A stretch of DNA of 64,000 nt from an uncultured Gemmatimonadaceae bacterium (GCA_963829055.1 CAWHHI010000004.1:256001-320000), one strand, 5' to 3'; shown: positions 19,593 through 29,998, counted from the first letter of the stretch. The notes: generated from the sequence alone by a model not told the origin. Numbers and translations are program-made.

Positions 19593-20757
19593 CGTTCTCC
19601 GCCGTCCGCCATCCGCCATCCGCCGTCCGAGCTTCCGTGAGCGAATTACCCGCAGTACGCTCTGGCCGATGCTGTGGAAGGAATTCGTCCAGATGCGGCG
19701 GGATCGCTTCACGCTCGGGATGATGATCGGCCTGCCCGGAATTCAGCTGCTGCTGTTCGGGTTCGCGATCCGGACCGAGGTGCGGCATCTGCCCACGGTC
19801 GTGCTCGATGAGTCGCGCACGATGGAGAGCCGAGCGTTCGTCGATGCGATCAGGAACACGGGGAACTTCGACATCGTGGGTTCCGTCGGAAGCCGCGAGG
19901 ACATGCGACGCCAGATCGAGCGCGGCACGGCGCGCGCTGCCGTCATCATCCCACCCGACTACGAGGCGGACATCAAGCGGCACCGCACCGCGCAGACGCA
20001 GGTGATCGTCGACGCAGCCGATCCATTGGCGTCGTCCGCGGCCATCGCCGGCGCGACACTCGCGGGACAGGCGCGCTCGGCCGCCCTCGGCGCGCAGAAC
20101 GCGCCGCGTCAGGCACCGATCGACGTGCGGGTGCGTCCGTGGTACAACCCGGGCCTCGAGAGCTCGATCTACATCGTGCCAGGCGTCATCGGCCTGCTGC
20201 TCACGCTCACGCTGCTCATGATCACGGCCATGGCGCTCGTGCGCGAGCGTGAGCGCGGCACGCTGGAGCAGCTCATCGTGACCCCCATATCGAAGACCGG
20301 ACTGATGCTCGGCAAGGTGCTACCGTTCGCGCTCGTGGGCTACGTGCAGGTGACGGTGATCCTGCTGCTCGGTCGCTTCGTGTTCAACGTGCCCATCCGC
20401 GGCAGTCTCGGCTTGCTGTACCTCGTCACCGCACCGTTCATCGTCGCGAGCCTCGCGCTCGGCCTGTTCGTGTCGACGGTCGTGCGGACACAGGTGCAGG
20501 CGATGCAGCTCTCGTTCGTGTTCATCCTGCCGACGGTGCTGTTGTCGGGCTTCATGTTTCCGCGCGAGGCGATGCCGCCGTTCGCGCAGTGGCTCGGGGC
20601 GATCTTCCCGATCACGTACTATCTGCGGGTGTTGCGCGGGATTCTGCTGAAGGGCGTGGGCATGGACGCGTTGTGGCAGGACACGCTCGCGCTCGCCGCG
20701 TTCGCGCTGGTGCTGCTGGCGTTCAGCGTGCGGAGATTCCAGAAGAACATCGAGTAG
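19585..20757 (+). CDS. ABC-2 type permease (YbhS/R-like)
   Basis: KEFVQMRRDR, RERERGTLEQLIVTP, LLSGFMFP; start may be ATG 19669. Confidence 0.92.
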   Translation: MPNVLRRPPSAIRRPSFRERITRSTLWPMLWKEFVQMRRDRFTLGMMIGLPGIQLLLFGFAIRTEVRHLPTVVLDESRTMESRAFVDAIRNTGNFDIVGSVGSREDMRRQIERGTARAAVIIPPDYEADIKRHRTAQTQVIVDAADPLASSAAIAGATLAGQARSAALGAQNAPRQAPIDVRVRPWYNPGLESSIYIVPGVIGLLLTLTLLMITAMALVRERERGTLEQLIVTPISKTGLMLGKVLPFALVGYVQVTVILLLGRFVFNVPIRGSLGLLYLVTAPFIVASLALGLFVSTVVRTQVQAMQLSFVFILPTVLLSGFMFPREAMPPFAQWLGAIFPITYYLRVLRGILLKGVGMDALWQDTLALAAFALVLLAFSVRRFQKNIE

Positions 20758-20822
20758 TGCAGACTGCATCGGTCCTCCGCCCCTGGCTACTTTTCACGAA
20801 ACTCGAAACGGAGAATCGACGG

Positions 20823-21338
20823 ATGCCGAACCGAAAGGCGAGCGCGGTGTGGGAAGGTGGGCTCAAGGGTGGCAAGGGTACGTTCAAGGGCAGCAGCGAC
20901 TCGATCAATGGGCAGTACTCGTTCTCGTCACGCTTCGAGGAGGGGACCGGCTCGAATCCGGAAGAGTTGATGGCTGCCGCTCACGCGGCGTGCTTCAGCA
21001 TGGCGCTGAGCGCTCAGCTGGAGGGGAACGGGACGCCACCGAAGCGTGTCGAGACCACGGCCGTGTGCACCGTCGAGAAATCCGGCCCGGGCTTCAAGAT
21101 CACGACGATGAAGCTGACCACACGCGCGACGGTCCCTAACGTGGACGCGGCGAAGTTCCAGGAGCTCGCGTCCGCGGCGGTCGAGGGATGCCCGGTCTCG
21201 CAGGCCCTGAAGGGCAATGTGAACATTGTGCTGGATGCAGCGCTGACCTGCGGCGCGTCGGACGGAGGGAGGAAGGCGCGGTCGCTACGGGGTCGCGAGC
21301 GTCAGTCGAAGGCATCGTGCGGTTCCGCCATTCGCTAG
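20823..21338 (+). CDS. osmC: OsmC-family peroxiredoxin
   Basis: SRFEEGTGSNPEELMAAAHAACFSMAL, CPVSQAL; true stop probably near 21250. Confidence 0.9.
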   Translation: MPNRKASAVWEGGLKGGKGTFKGSSDSINGQYSFSSRFEEGTGSNPEELMAAAHAACFSMALSAQLEGNGTPPKRVETTAVCTVEKSGPGFKITTMKLTTRATVPNVDAAKFQELASAAVEGCPVSQALKGNVNIVLDAALTCGASDGGRKARSLRGRERQSKASCGSAIR

Positions 21339-21670
21339 CCGTCCGTCCTCCGCGCCACGGCAACCCATTGAACAACAGCGTGTACCCAGCCTAACGCCAG
21401 GCCAAAGCGTGGCGTCGAGTGCGCAGCCTGCTGCGCCGCTGCCCTCGACGGTGCAAAGGCGCCGAGAGTGACGAGGACGATCGCCCAGCGCATCCAGCGC
21501 CGTCCGTGAGCTCGAGCGGGAAGGTGCGGGCGAAAAGGACGTGACAGAATCGGCGCGATTGAAAAGGGCAGGGAGCTGATCGACGGTAAATACAACACGG
21601 CGCATCCGACGCGGGACAACCGGCCATGCACGTCACATCAGACTCACTCACGCCCGGCCGGCGCTCGGCG

Positions 21671-23962
21671 CTACCACCCGTACAGCGCCTTGTAGGTCGC
21701 CTGATTGCGCAGCAGGATGCGCACGTAGTCCCGCGTCTCCTCGTACGGAATGCGCTCGATGAAGAGCTCGGGGTCATCCGCGCCCCGCTTCTGGCGCCAC
21801 CGCCGCACCGGCGAGCCGCCTGCATTGTATGCGGCCAACGCGTACTCGACGCGCGGATACTGGCGAAGCATCGCGTCGAGGTGCGCCATGCCGAGCGGCA
21901 CGTTCACGTCGGGCTGGAACAGCAGCACGCGGTCGAAGCCCGAGATTCCACGCGACTTCGCGATCGACGCACCCACGCTCGGGAGCACCTGCATGAGGCC
22001 AAGCGCGCCGGCTCGCGATGCCGCACGCGGGTTGAAGCTCGACTCCTGGTGGATCAGCGCGGCGGCGAGTGCGGGATCGACGTGGCGCGCCGTGGCTTCG
22101 GTGCGAATCACGTCGGCGAACGCGAGCGGGTAGAGCAGATGAAAGAGGCGTGTGTCGCGGGTGGCTGACGCAGCGAGCGCGCGGCGCGCCAGGCCCATCG
22201 CTCGCGACAGCTCGCCGCGTTTCCGCAGGGCGTCCGCGGCGGCGAGTAAGGAGTCGGGTGAGCGACCGGCGGCCGACACGATCGCATCGTACTCGAATCC
22301 CTCTTCCGTATTCATGCCGACGTCATCGAGCAGCGCCGCCCGCGCGACCGCGCGGGAGAGCTGCGGTGTCGTCGCGATCGAGTCGGGACTCGGTATGGGC
22401 CGCCAGGGCGCGGTGCCTAACCGTGCCGCGCTCTTCGTCGCGTAGTACGAGAGCGGGTCCGTGGCGATGACGTCGCGCCAACGTTGTGTGGCGCGTTGCT
22501 TGTCTCCCATGCGCTCGCGCGCGCGGCCTGACCAGTAGCGCGCGGCGGACGCGTCGACGCTCCGCGGATAGCGCTGGACGAGCGCGTCGAAATCACGGGC
22601 GGCTGCCTCGAACGTCCCGCCTGCATACGCGATGACCGCCGCATGAAACAACGCGGACGACGCGAGCACGCTCGTCGGAAACCGTCGCGCAATCTCATTG
22701 AACCCGGCGCGTGCATCCGTGTCTCGCCCATCATCGGTGGCGAGATCGGCCAACAGAAAGAGCGCGGGCGCGGCGACGGTGGTGTCGCGCGGAAATGCCT
22801 CGGTCACTCGGCGAAGCGCCGTGCGTGCTGCCGCTGTCTGACCAGCCTTCAACAGGGATCGTGCGCGTTGATAGGCAGCCGACGCGCCAACAGGAGCACT
22901 GGATGGAATGCGGGCGAGTTGTGTCGCGGCGTCCGCGTCGCGGCCGAGCCGCGAGAGCACCATTCCGTATGCATAACGATCCTGTACGTCGAGCGACTTC
23001 TCCAACCTGGAGAAGCCAGTTGCCGCGCGTGCGAGTAGACCAGCGCTGTTCGCGGCGCGCGCCGTGGCGATCTCCTCGCTCGCTGACAGCGGACCGAGAG
23101 AAGAATCGACGAGTGTGATCGCGACGCGGGCGTCGGCGGCGGAAGGATTGGCGGCGAGGAGCGCGAACGTCTCGCGTCGTATCGTCGTGCGCGACGCGGC
23201 AGACGTGTCGGCCATGAGCTGGAGGCGGAGTGACTGCCCCTTTTCGCCCAACGCCGCGTACGCGCGCGACGCGCCCGAGAAATCGCGCCACCGTTCCAGT
23301 GCCTGCGCTTCGGACGGCGCGATGCGCGCGCGCGCGACCGGGGTCGACACGCGTGCGTAGTCGCGTTGTCGACGTGACGCGTCGGCGGTCGCTCCCGCGG
23401 CGCGGAGGCCGAGCCATTCACCGATCAGCGGTAGGTGCGTCGCGGCACGGCGGTACGTGGCGGCCGCGCTGTCGCCAATGGCTTGCCGGTCCAATGCGCG
23501 AGCCAGTAGCACCTCGCGCGTGCCACGCTCAGGATCGGTTTTCGCCAACGCCACGGCACGCTCAGCGTGACCTCGGGCGACGGAATCCGCTCCGCGCGCC
23601 AGTGCTGATCGTGCGAGGAGCTCACGGGCGCGCCCGTCGAATAGGGAATCGATCCATGGCGCCATCGCGAGCTCACGGTCCACGCGCGACCACCCGCCCC
23701 ACGCCGCGGCCGCCGTGGCGGAGAGGAGCACGACGTCAGGGCTTCGAACGACTGGTGGCCGATAGGCCGAGTCGAGGATCGCGGTCGCCCGCCACGGCCT
23801 TCCGGCGTTCATGGCCGCGACTGCCACATTCACCGCGGGTTCCTTGCTCGACGCGAAAGGCGCCAGCGCGTTGTCCGATTGCGCGGGCGCTGCGTCGGGT
23901 CGCGAGCAAGCAACCAGGAACGCCACGAATGCGAGGCGAACGCACGGCGTGGATGATTTCAT
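21671..23962 (-). CDS. TPR-repeat soluble lytic transglycosylase (Slt-like), probable lipoprotein
   Basis: Lipobox-like FLVAC; TPR helices; IHQESSF, GALGLMQV, ALAAYNAG, IPYEETRDYV. Confidence 0.92.
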   Translation of the reverse strand: MKSSTPCVRLAFVAFLVACSRPDAAPAQSDNALAPFASSKEPAVNVAVAAMNAGRPWRATAILDSAYRPPVVRSPDVVLLSATAAAAWGGWSRVDRELAMAPWIDSLFDGRARELLARSALARGADSVARGHAERAVALAKTDPERGTREVLLARALDRQAIGDSAAATYRRAATHLPLIGEWLGLRAAGATADASRRQRDYARVSTPVARARIAPSEAQALERWRDFSGASRAYAALGEKGQSLRLQLMADTSAASRTTIRRETFALLAANPSAADARVAITLVDSSLGPLSASEEIATARAANSAGLLARAATGFSRLEKSLDVQDRYAYGMVLSRLGRDADAATQLARIPSSAPVGASAAYQRARSLLKAGQTAAARTALRRVTEAFPRDTTVAAPALFLLADLATDDGRDTDARAGFNEIARRFPTSVLASSALFHAAVIAYAGGTFEAAARDFDALVQRYPRSVDASAARYWSGRARERMGDKQRATQRWRDVIATDPLSYYATKSAARLGTAPWRPIPSPDSIATTPQLSRAVARAALLDDVGMNTEEGFEYDAIVSAAGRSPDSLLAAADALRKRGELSRAMGLARRALAASATRDTRLFHLLYPLAFADVIRTEATARHVDPALAAALIHQESSFNPRAASRAGALGLMQVLPSVGASIAKSRGISGFDRVLLFQPDVNVPLGMAHLDAMLRQYPRVEYALAAYNAGGSPVRRWRQKRGADDPELFIERIPYEETRDYVRILLRNQATYKALYGW

Positions 23963-24210
23963 GGCCAAGGAAGAACTCAGCTTCTGTACCACGTTGCGTC
24001 ACGGTTGTGGGCTCGGCCTCGGCACTCGTGTCGTCGCGCCGTGTAGGATTGTGGTACGACGACTATGATGTCTCGTGATGTCTCGATTGGCGGCATCAAT
24101 GCGGCGACTGGTGACGAATCCGCCGCATCAGGTGTCGAACGTAGAAGATGGGCGACTCCGAAGCCGTGCGATTGCGCCAGCTGACGAAGTCCGAGGATTA
24201 AGTTGTCATC

Positions 24211-26535
24211 ATGATCCGTAACTCTCGCGTCGCGATTACCGGATTGCTGCTCGTCGTGCTCGTGGCCGCCGTGTCCTGGGCGATCGCGACGCGCGGCTCG
24301 CGCCGCGTGCCAATGACGCCCGAAGTGGCGAGAGAGATGCGGGCGGGAAGCGAGTTCGCGTCGTTGCTCGAGCGCTCCACCGCCTCAATGCCTGCCGAAT
24401 CTATTTCGGTTCCGAACGCGGTGGCGCTGGGCTACCTCGAGCGGCTGCGCCTGGGGTTGAGCAGCCCATTCCGGCTGATCGACTACGCATTGGCTGACCG
24501 GATGCTGCCCGACTCGCTTCGTCATCTCGTCGCGTACGCGGTGCTGCAACGCACGCTCGACGGTGATACCTACCACGCTCCGCCCGCGGCGCTGTCGCTG
24601 GCCGGCGCGGCGATGCCCCAACTCCCGCCCGATCTCGCGGCGCGACACGTCGCGCTGATCGACAGCGTGATCGGCAAGGCGTCAGATCCGCGTGGGGGTG
24701 AGCTCACCGTCCGTGAGGCGTACCGTCTCGCGGGTGCCGCGGGTTCCATCGGGCGGCGCGGTCCGTGGCTCGGCACCCAGGTGGCGGCGCTCGCACGTGA
24801 TCGGGCGTTGGCCCGTACGGACGTGGTCGCTTTGCTCGCGACCGCGCGTCGCAATCGCGTCGACCCACTCGGGCTGATCCCTGTCTGGCGTCTCGAGCGG
24901 CGCTTCGAGGTCGAGCGTCCACTGATGAGCGCACTCCGCCCCGATGTCGAGCGCGACGCACTGGGCCATGTTCGGTCGCTCGTTCGCGAGCTGGACTCGC
25001 TGGCCGCCCGCGAGCGCCGCGCGGATGCAGACTCGACGCACCCGCGCTACGCGGTGACGTCGACGCTTTCCGCCGAGGCGGCGCGCCGGCTGGCGTCGGT
25101 CGCGGCAGTGCGGGCAGCGCCACCGCAAGCGCCGATCACGGTGGCCGTTACGAGCACCGTTCGCCCATCGCGGCTCACCGCGGGCGTGCTGTCCCCCGCG
25201 GATGAGCGGACGAAGGACGCGCTCACCCGGTTCGCCGACCGTGCCGTGAACGAGGAGTCGCTCGCAGGAGAGTACTCGCTGTTTCTGGCGCACGATTCGG
25301 TGCACGTGGCGCAGCCGTCGCTCGCCGTGTTGTGGGCCGCTGTCTCAATGCGTGCCTATTCCCAGGAGCGCGTCTGGTTCCCTGGCGACGGCGGACCATC
25401 TGTCCCCGATCTCAAGGACCGGTTCGGTCTGGCCGCGGTGAGCTTCGACGCCGACGTGCCAACGACGTGGCGCCCGTACTATCTCCGCATGCTCGGCTCG
25501 ACATTGTCGGACCTGCAGCGCGTCCTTCCGGCGTTCGGCGTTCGCGGTCTGGGCGTGCATTTCGGTGAGAGCCCGATGCGCGACGCGGCGCTCGCGATGC
25601 ACGATCCAGCGACGCGAACGATCTTCCTGCCGGTCGGGACCAGCGCCGGCGTGATCGCGCACGAGCTTGCGCACGACCTCGATTGGCAGACGGCGCGAAC
25701 GCGCTACGGTTTACGCGGTACGTACAGCACGGATCGCGCGGTTCGCCAGTATCGCGATCGCCTGGCGGCATCGATGCTCGAGCTCAGCGACGCCGGTCCC
25801 GGCGAGAGCTCGTTAGGCACGGACGGTGCCCGCGTGGTGCCGAGCGCCCGGCCGACGGAAGTGTTCGCGCGGAACGTCGATTGGTTCGTGAGTGCGGTGC
25901 TGGCGCGAGACGGGCGGATGAACGGGTATCTGTCCGCGGTGCAGGACGGCGTGCTCACGGGTTATGGCGCGGTGGCGGCTCCGGAGGTTGCGCGCGATGG
26001 CGCGCAGGCCATGATCCGCGCGCTCGATGAGATGACGCTCGTGGCGCCGGCGACGCGCGCCTGGTTCCTCGAGACGCATGGTCGCGCCCGGGCGATCCCG
26101 CTGCCTGAGCTCACGCGGCGCGTGCTCGAAGTGCCGCTCTCCTCGGCCGATCGACGCCTGGCGTCGGGCCCGCGCACGGCCGCGGACGTGGTCGCACCGT
26201 CGGGCGATGCGAGTGCGCGTGCACTCATCGCGTTAGGTGGTGGATGTCGCGGCGCGGTCGCGGGCGATCGGCTCGCGGACGAGCGGGCCCGTGTGCTCGT
26301 GGAGGCGGCGGACGCGCGCGCCCGAGGCCTGCTGGCGCGGCGCGCCCATTACGCGGCGACGTCCGAGCGCGCCCCATGGCAGGCGCGGGCGCTGTTAGGC
26401 AATGCGTGGACGCCGATGTACGCGGATCATGCGCAAACGGAGCTGCGCGATATCATCCTGCGTCGCGCGGTCCTGGCCGCGGCGCCGCGCGGTTCTGCGG
26501 CGGTGGTCGCCGCGGCGCCGCTGGGATGTCGATGA
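24211..26535 (+). CDS. Large membrane-anchored hypothetical protein with HExxH zincin-like motif
   Basis: N-terminal TM; IAHELAHDLD followed later by PTEVFAR. Confidence 0.75.
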   Translation: MIRNSRVAITGLLLVVLVAAVSWAIATRGSRRVPMTPEVAREMRAGSEFASLLERSTASMPAESISVPNAVALGYLERLRLGLSSPFRLIDYALADRMLPDSLRHLVAYAVLQRTLDGDTYHAPPAALSLAGAAMPQLPPDLAARHVALIDSVIGKASDPRGGELTVREAYRLAGAAGSIGRRGPWLGTQVAALARDRALARTDVVALLATARRNRVDPLGLIPVWRLERRFEVERPLMSALRPDVERDALGHVRSLVRELDSLAARERRADADSTHPRYAVTSTLSAEAARRLASVAAVRAAPPQAPITVAVTSTVRPSRLTAGVLSPADERTKDALTRFADRAVNEESLAGEYSLFLAHDSVHVAQPSLAVLWAAVSMRAYSQERVWFPGDGGPSVPDLKDRFGLAAVSFDADVPTTWRPYYLRMLGSTLSDLQRVLPAFGVRGLGVHFGESPMRDAALAMHDPATRTIFLPVGTSAGVIAHELAHDLDWQTARTRYGLRGTYSTDRAVRQYRDRLAASMLELSDAGPGESSLGTDGARVVPSARPTEVFARNVDWFVSAVLARDGRMNGYLSAVQDGVLTGYGAVAAPEVARDGAQAMIRALDEMTLVAPATRAWFLETHGRARAIPLPELTRRVLEVPLSSADRRLASGPRTAADVVAPSGDASARALIALGGGCRGAVAGDRLADERARVLVEAADARARGLLARRAHYAATSERAPWQARALLGNAWTPMYADHAQTELRDIILRRAVLAAAPRGSAAVVAAAPLGCR

Positions 26536-26562
26536 CTGCGAACTACGCGAGGTAGAGTTCGT

Positions 26563-26975
26563 CGCGTCGGGCCGGTGGGAACTACGATTTTGCGGATGAA
26601 CTGCAAAACGGCCGGATACGGCTTTGCATTCAGGCATCATCGCGCCGCGGCCAACGGGAACGGCGATCGCGCGGATGACGCGGAAGAAGCAGGATACTGC
26701 TCGGTAGGTCCGGCTCCTCACGCCACGAGCCGTGAATTCTTGGGGACGGCCGCTCGGGAGACTCCTGCGTCCCGGGCGGCCGTTGCCATTGTTCAATCAA
26801 GGCCCGGCGAGGGCCAGTGTCAATGCAAAGCCGTATCCGGCCGTTTTCCCATCATCCGCGTCATCGTTGTTCCCACCGACCGCGGCGCGGCAATGCGTGG
26901 ATGCAAAGCCGGATCCGGTAGTTTCGCGGTACAGATCCGCCCAATCGCCGTCTCCCACCGGCCCCGGCGCGCCAA
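26563..26975. repeat. Composite palindromic element 1: ~79-bp units, central 38-bp hairpin, inverted units
   Basis: Forward units ~26563-26630 and ~26633-26695, hairpin 26746-26783, reverse units ~26822-26898 and ~26900-26975. Confidence 0.8.
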
Positions 26976-26977
26976 TG

Positions 26978-28081
26978 CTAGGTCGGTGCCTCGACTTTGC
27001 TAGGCTCACCCAATTCCGGCAGGTCCGTTCGCTTTACGACCAGCGTCCTCGTCGGGTAGGCGAATTGGATTTTCTCGGCCGCGAACTGGCGGAGGATCGT
27101 TAGGTTGATTGCCTGCTGCGCATTGACGTACGAGAGATAGTCCGCCGTCAACACGAAGTAGACCGTTTCGAAGTTGAGCGTCGAATCGCCGTAGCTGATG
27201 AAATGCGAGCGGTCGAAGCGGACCTGTTGCTGAGACTGTACTGCCTCTCGAATCATCGTAGGAATGCGCGCGACGGTGTCGGGCGGCGTGTCGTAGCTCA
27301 CGCCGATCATGAACACGATTCGCCGTTCCTGCATCCGCTTGAAGTTGCGGAGGCGGCTTCGCAGCAGGTCGGCGTTCGAGAATATCAGGAGCTCTCCGTT
27401 CAGGCTCCGGACTCGCGTCGTCTTGAGTCCCACGTTCTCGACCGTTCCCGTGAACGTATCGACGCCGATCGTATCGCCGACGACGAATGGCTTGTCGAGC
27501 ACGATCGCGAGCGCCGCGAACAGATCGCCGAGCACGTTCTGCACCGCGAGCGCGATCGCGATACCACCAACGCCGAGTCCCGTGATGAGCGCCGTGACGT
27601 CGTAGCCGAGTCGATTGAGTCCCACGAGCGAGAGCATGATCCAGAGGATCGCGCGCGCGACAAAGCTGAACGCGGCGACCGTCGTGCGGCTCGCGATGTC
27701 CGACTCGGCCTTCCGCTCGGCGTAGTTGCGGAACCAGAACGTAATGAGCCCATTGCCCCAGATCGCGATCTGCAGGATGAGCGCGATGGTGCCTAACACG
27801 CGCCCGACGGCGCGCGTTCGTTCCGGGAGGTCGAGGAACAGCATGCCGCTCGCGGCGGCGGCAGTGACGATGAAGAAGTACCGCGTGCGTCGCAGCAGAT
27901 CGACGATCGCATCGTCCGCTGTCGTCGCCGTGCGCTCGGCCATCTTCGCCAGTCGTCGCGAGATTATGGTGCGGGCGAGGAAGAGCGCTGTTCCCACGAC
28001 GGCGAAAACGATGCCGGCGACGGTCCACGCCTGCAGCGAGTTGTGGTAGAACCGCCACTCCAGGAAGTTCGATGGCTGCAT
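26978..28081 (-). CDS. MscS-family mechanosensitive channel
   Basis: LGVGGIAIALAVQNVLGDLFA, DKPFVVGD, GTVENVGLKTTRVRS, IQFAYPTRT. Confidence 0.94.
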   Translation of the reverse strand: MQPSNFLEWRFYHNSLQAWTVAGIVFAVVGTALFLARTIISRRLAKMAERTATTADDAIVDLLRRTRYFFIVTAAAASGMLFLDLPERTRAVGRVLGTIALILQIAIWGNGLITFWFRNYAERKAESDIASRTTVAAFSFVARAILWIMLSLVGLNRLGYDVTALITGLGVGGIAIALAVQNVLGDLFAALAIVLDKPFVVGDTIGVDTFTGTVENVGLKTTRVRSLNGELLIFSNADLLRSRLRNFKRMQERRIVFMIGVSYDTPPDTVARIPTMIREAVQSQQQVRFDRSHFISYGDSTLNFETVYFVLTADYLSYVNAQQAINLTILRQFAAEKIQFAYPTRTLVVKRTDLPELGEPSKVEAPT

Positions 28082-28137
28082 GCTCTGGATCGTGATTTCG
28101 GGTTACGGAGATTCCCGAATCTAAGCGGTCTGGTTCA

Positions 28138-28503
28138 GCGCGCCGGGGCCGGTGAGAACTACGATTGGGCGAATGAACTGCAAAACTGCCACGGCTGTCA
28201 TTCCGAGCGAAGGCCGCAGGCCGGAGTCGAGGAATCGAGACACTGCCCGGTAGAGAGCCCTCTACGCCGACAATCGGGATTCCTCGACTCCGCCGCTCTG
28301 CGGCTCCGCTCGGAATGACAACTTCGCGCAACGACTCGGGATTTCTTCGGAACGGCCGCTCGGGACGCAGGAGTCTCCCGAGCGGCCGTGTTCCTATTCA
28401 TTCACGGTCCGCCACGAGCCAGCGTCAATGCAAAGCCGGATCCGGCCGTTTTGCAGTTCATCCGCCCAATCGCCGTTCCCACCGGCCCCGGCGCGATGAT
28501 GCC
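28138..28503. repeat. Composite palindromic element 2 (same family as 26563-26975)
   Basis: Truncated forward unit 28138-28195, hairpin 28352-28389, reverse unit ~28427-28503. Confidence 0.8.
28196..28320. repeat. REP-like element, subfamily B, nested in composite element 2
   Basis: tgtcattccgagcg...cgctcggaatgaca; core ccggtagagagcc-tctacg shared with the 33013 copy. Confidence 0.88.
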
Positions 28504-28526
28504 AGAAAGCAAAGCACCCGCGTCAA

Positions 28527-29030
28527 TCAATCCTCTAGGACGGGCTCGTACTGCTCCGCTGGCCGCGGGCGCAGGTGGTCATCCGCCGCGAGCATCCGCG
28601 CGCACGTGTTCCACCTCAGGATCGCTTCGTCGTTACCCGCCGGTCGCATCGCCTCCGCGGTCTCGTACCACTCCATGGCTTCGCGGAAGGACTCGTAGGC
28701 CATCGAGCCCGAGCCCGGCACCGACTGACGACGCTGCACCTTCGCGCGGCGTTCGCAGATGATGCCCGAGTAGTACGCGCGCTTGTACTCGTCACGTAGA
28801 CGCGGCAGTACTTCGCGTGCGCGTCGCAAGCCGTCGCCGAGGTCATCGATGAACTGATCCGTGATGGAGAGCAGCAGCACGATCAGCGCTTGCTGGTTCT
28901 CGGGATCGATCTCGACGATGTCGCGGCAAATGCTCTCCGCCGCGGACGAATCGTTCAGCAGACGGTAGCGCTCCGCTTTCTGGAGCGCCGCGGCGACGCC
29001 GGATGGCGAAATGCGTTTGAGCGTGAACAC
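28527..29030 (-). CDS. Hypothetical TPR-like protein downstream of sdhB
   Basis: ALQKAERYRLLNDSSAAESICRDIVEIDPENQ, YYSGIICERRAK, EAILRWNTCAR. Confidence 0.8.
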   Translation of the reverse strand: MFTLKRISPSGVAAALQKAERYRLLNDSSAAESICRDIVEIDPENQQALIVLLLSITDQFIDDLGDGLRRAREVLPRLRDEYKRAYYSGIICERRAKVQRRQSVPGSGSMAYESFREAMEWYETAEAMRPAGNDEAILRWNTCARMLAADDHLRPRPAEQYEPVLED

Positions 29031-29068
29031 GAAAACTCCTGGTTGAGTGCTCGAGTAGAGCGCTCGAG

Positions 29069-29860
29069 TCAGACGTCTTTCTTTCGTCGCGAGAAAATCT
29101 TCACCAGCTTGCCGAGCGGATCGTAGAACTCATCCACCACGCGTTCTTTCAGCGGAATGATCGCGTTGTCGGTGATCGTGATCCCCTCGGGGCACACCTT
29201 CGTGCAGCACTTCGTGATGTTGCAGTAGCCGATGCCATGCTCACGCTTGAGGTCGGCCACGCGATCCTCGACATCGAGCGGATGCATTTCGAGCGCCGCC
29301 ACGTACGTGAGGAAACGCGGACCGATGAACTGCTCGTGCTTCTTGTGATCGCGGAGGACGTGGCAGACGTCCTGACAGAGAAAGCACTCGATGCACTTCC
29401 GGAACTCCTGGACGCGATCGACGTCGTCCTGAGAGATCCGCCACGTTCCGTCCGGCGCGTCCGGCTTTCTCGGCTTGAACGGCTTGATCTCCTTCTTCAC
29501 CCGGAAATTCCACGACACGTCCGTGACGAGATCACGGATGGGCGGGAACGCGCGCATCGGCTCGACGGTCACGGGCTTGTCGAGCGGAATCTCGCTCAGA
29601 CGCGCCATGCACATGAGCTTCGGACTGCCGTTGATCTCGGCCGAGCACGAGCCGCACTTGCCGGCCTTGCAGTTCCAGCGCACGGCGAGGTCGTTCGCCT
29701 GTTCGGCCTGAATCTGATGGATGGCGTCGAGGACGACCATCCCTTCTTCGACGGGCGTGGTGTAGTCCACGAGCTTGCCGCTCTTGTCGTCGCCGCGCCA
29801 CACGCGGAACGTCGCGGTCGCGGGAGAAGGCGCGGTGCTGGCGGACGAGTGATTCGACAT
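29069..29860 (-). CDS. sdhB: Succinate dehydrogenase/fumarate reductase iron-sulfur subunit
   Basis: RWNCKAGKCGSC, CIECFLCQDVC, CNITKCCTKVCP. Confidence 0.95.
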   Translation of the reverse strand: MSNHSSASTAPSPATATFRVWRGDDKSGKLVDYTTPVEEGMVVLDAIHQIQAEQANDLAVRWNCKAGKCGSCSAEINGSPKLMCMARLSEIPLDKPVTVEPMRAFPPIRDLVTDVSWNFRVKKEIKPFKPRKPDAPDGTWRISQDDVDRVQEFRKCIECFLCQDVCHVLRDHKKHEQFIGPRFLTYVAALEMHPLDVEDRVADLKREHGIGYCNITKCCTKVCPEGITITDNAIIPLKERVVDEFYDPLGKLVKIFSRRKKDV

Positions 29861-29884
29861 TCGTTAGAGCTCCTCGATCGACTG

Positions 29885-29993
29885 TGTCATTCCGAGCGTC
29901 AGCGAGGGAGCTGACTGTCCCTTCATCATGGCGAATCTGGCCACAATCACGTTCGAGAAGGTTCCTCGGTCGCTTCGCTTCCTCGGGATGACA
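29885..29993. repeat. REP-like element, subfamily A, between sdhA and sdhB
   Basis: tgtcattccgagcgtcagcgaggg...cctcgggatgaca. Confidence 0.85.
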
Positions 29994-29998
29994 GTGCC

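Noticed and set aside
21335..21631. 98-aa minus-strand ORF with a signal-peptide-like stretch
   Set aside because: No recognizable domain and unclear ends; may be a fragment, too little support to call.
26563..26975. CRISPR array
   Set aside because: Units are ~79 bp, degenerate, in both orientations, with no unique spacers and no cas genes in the window.
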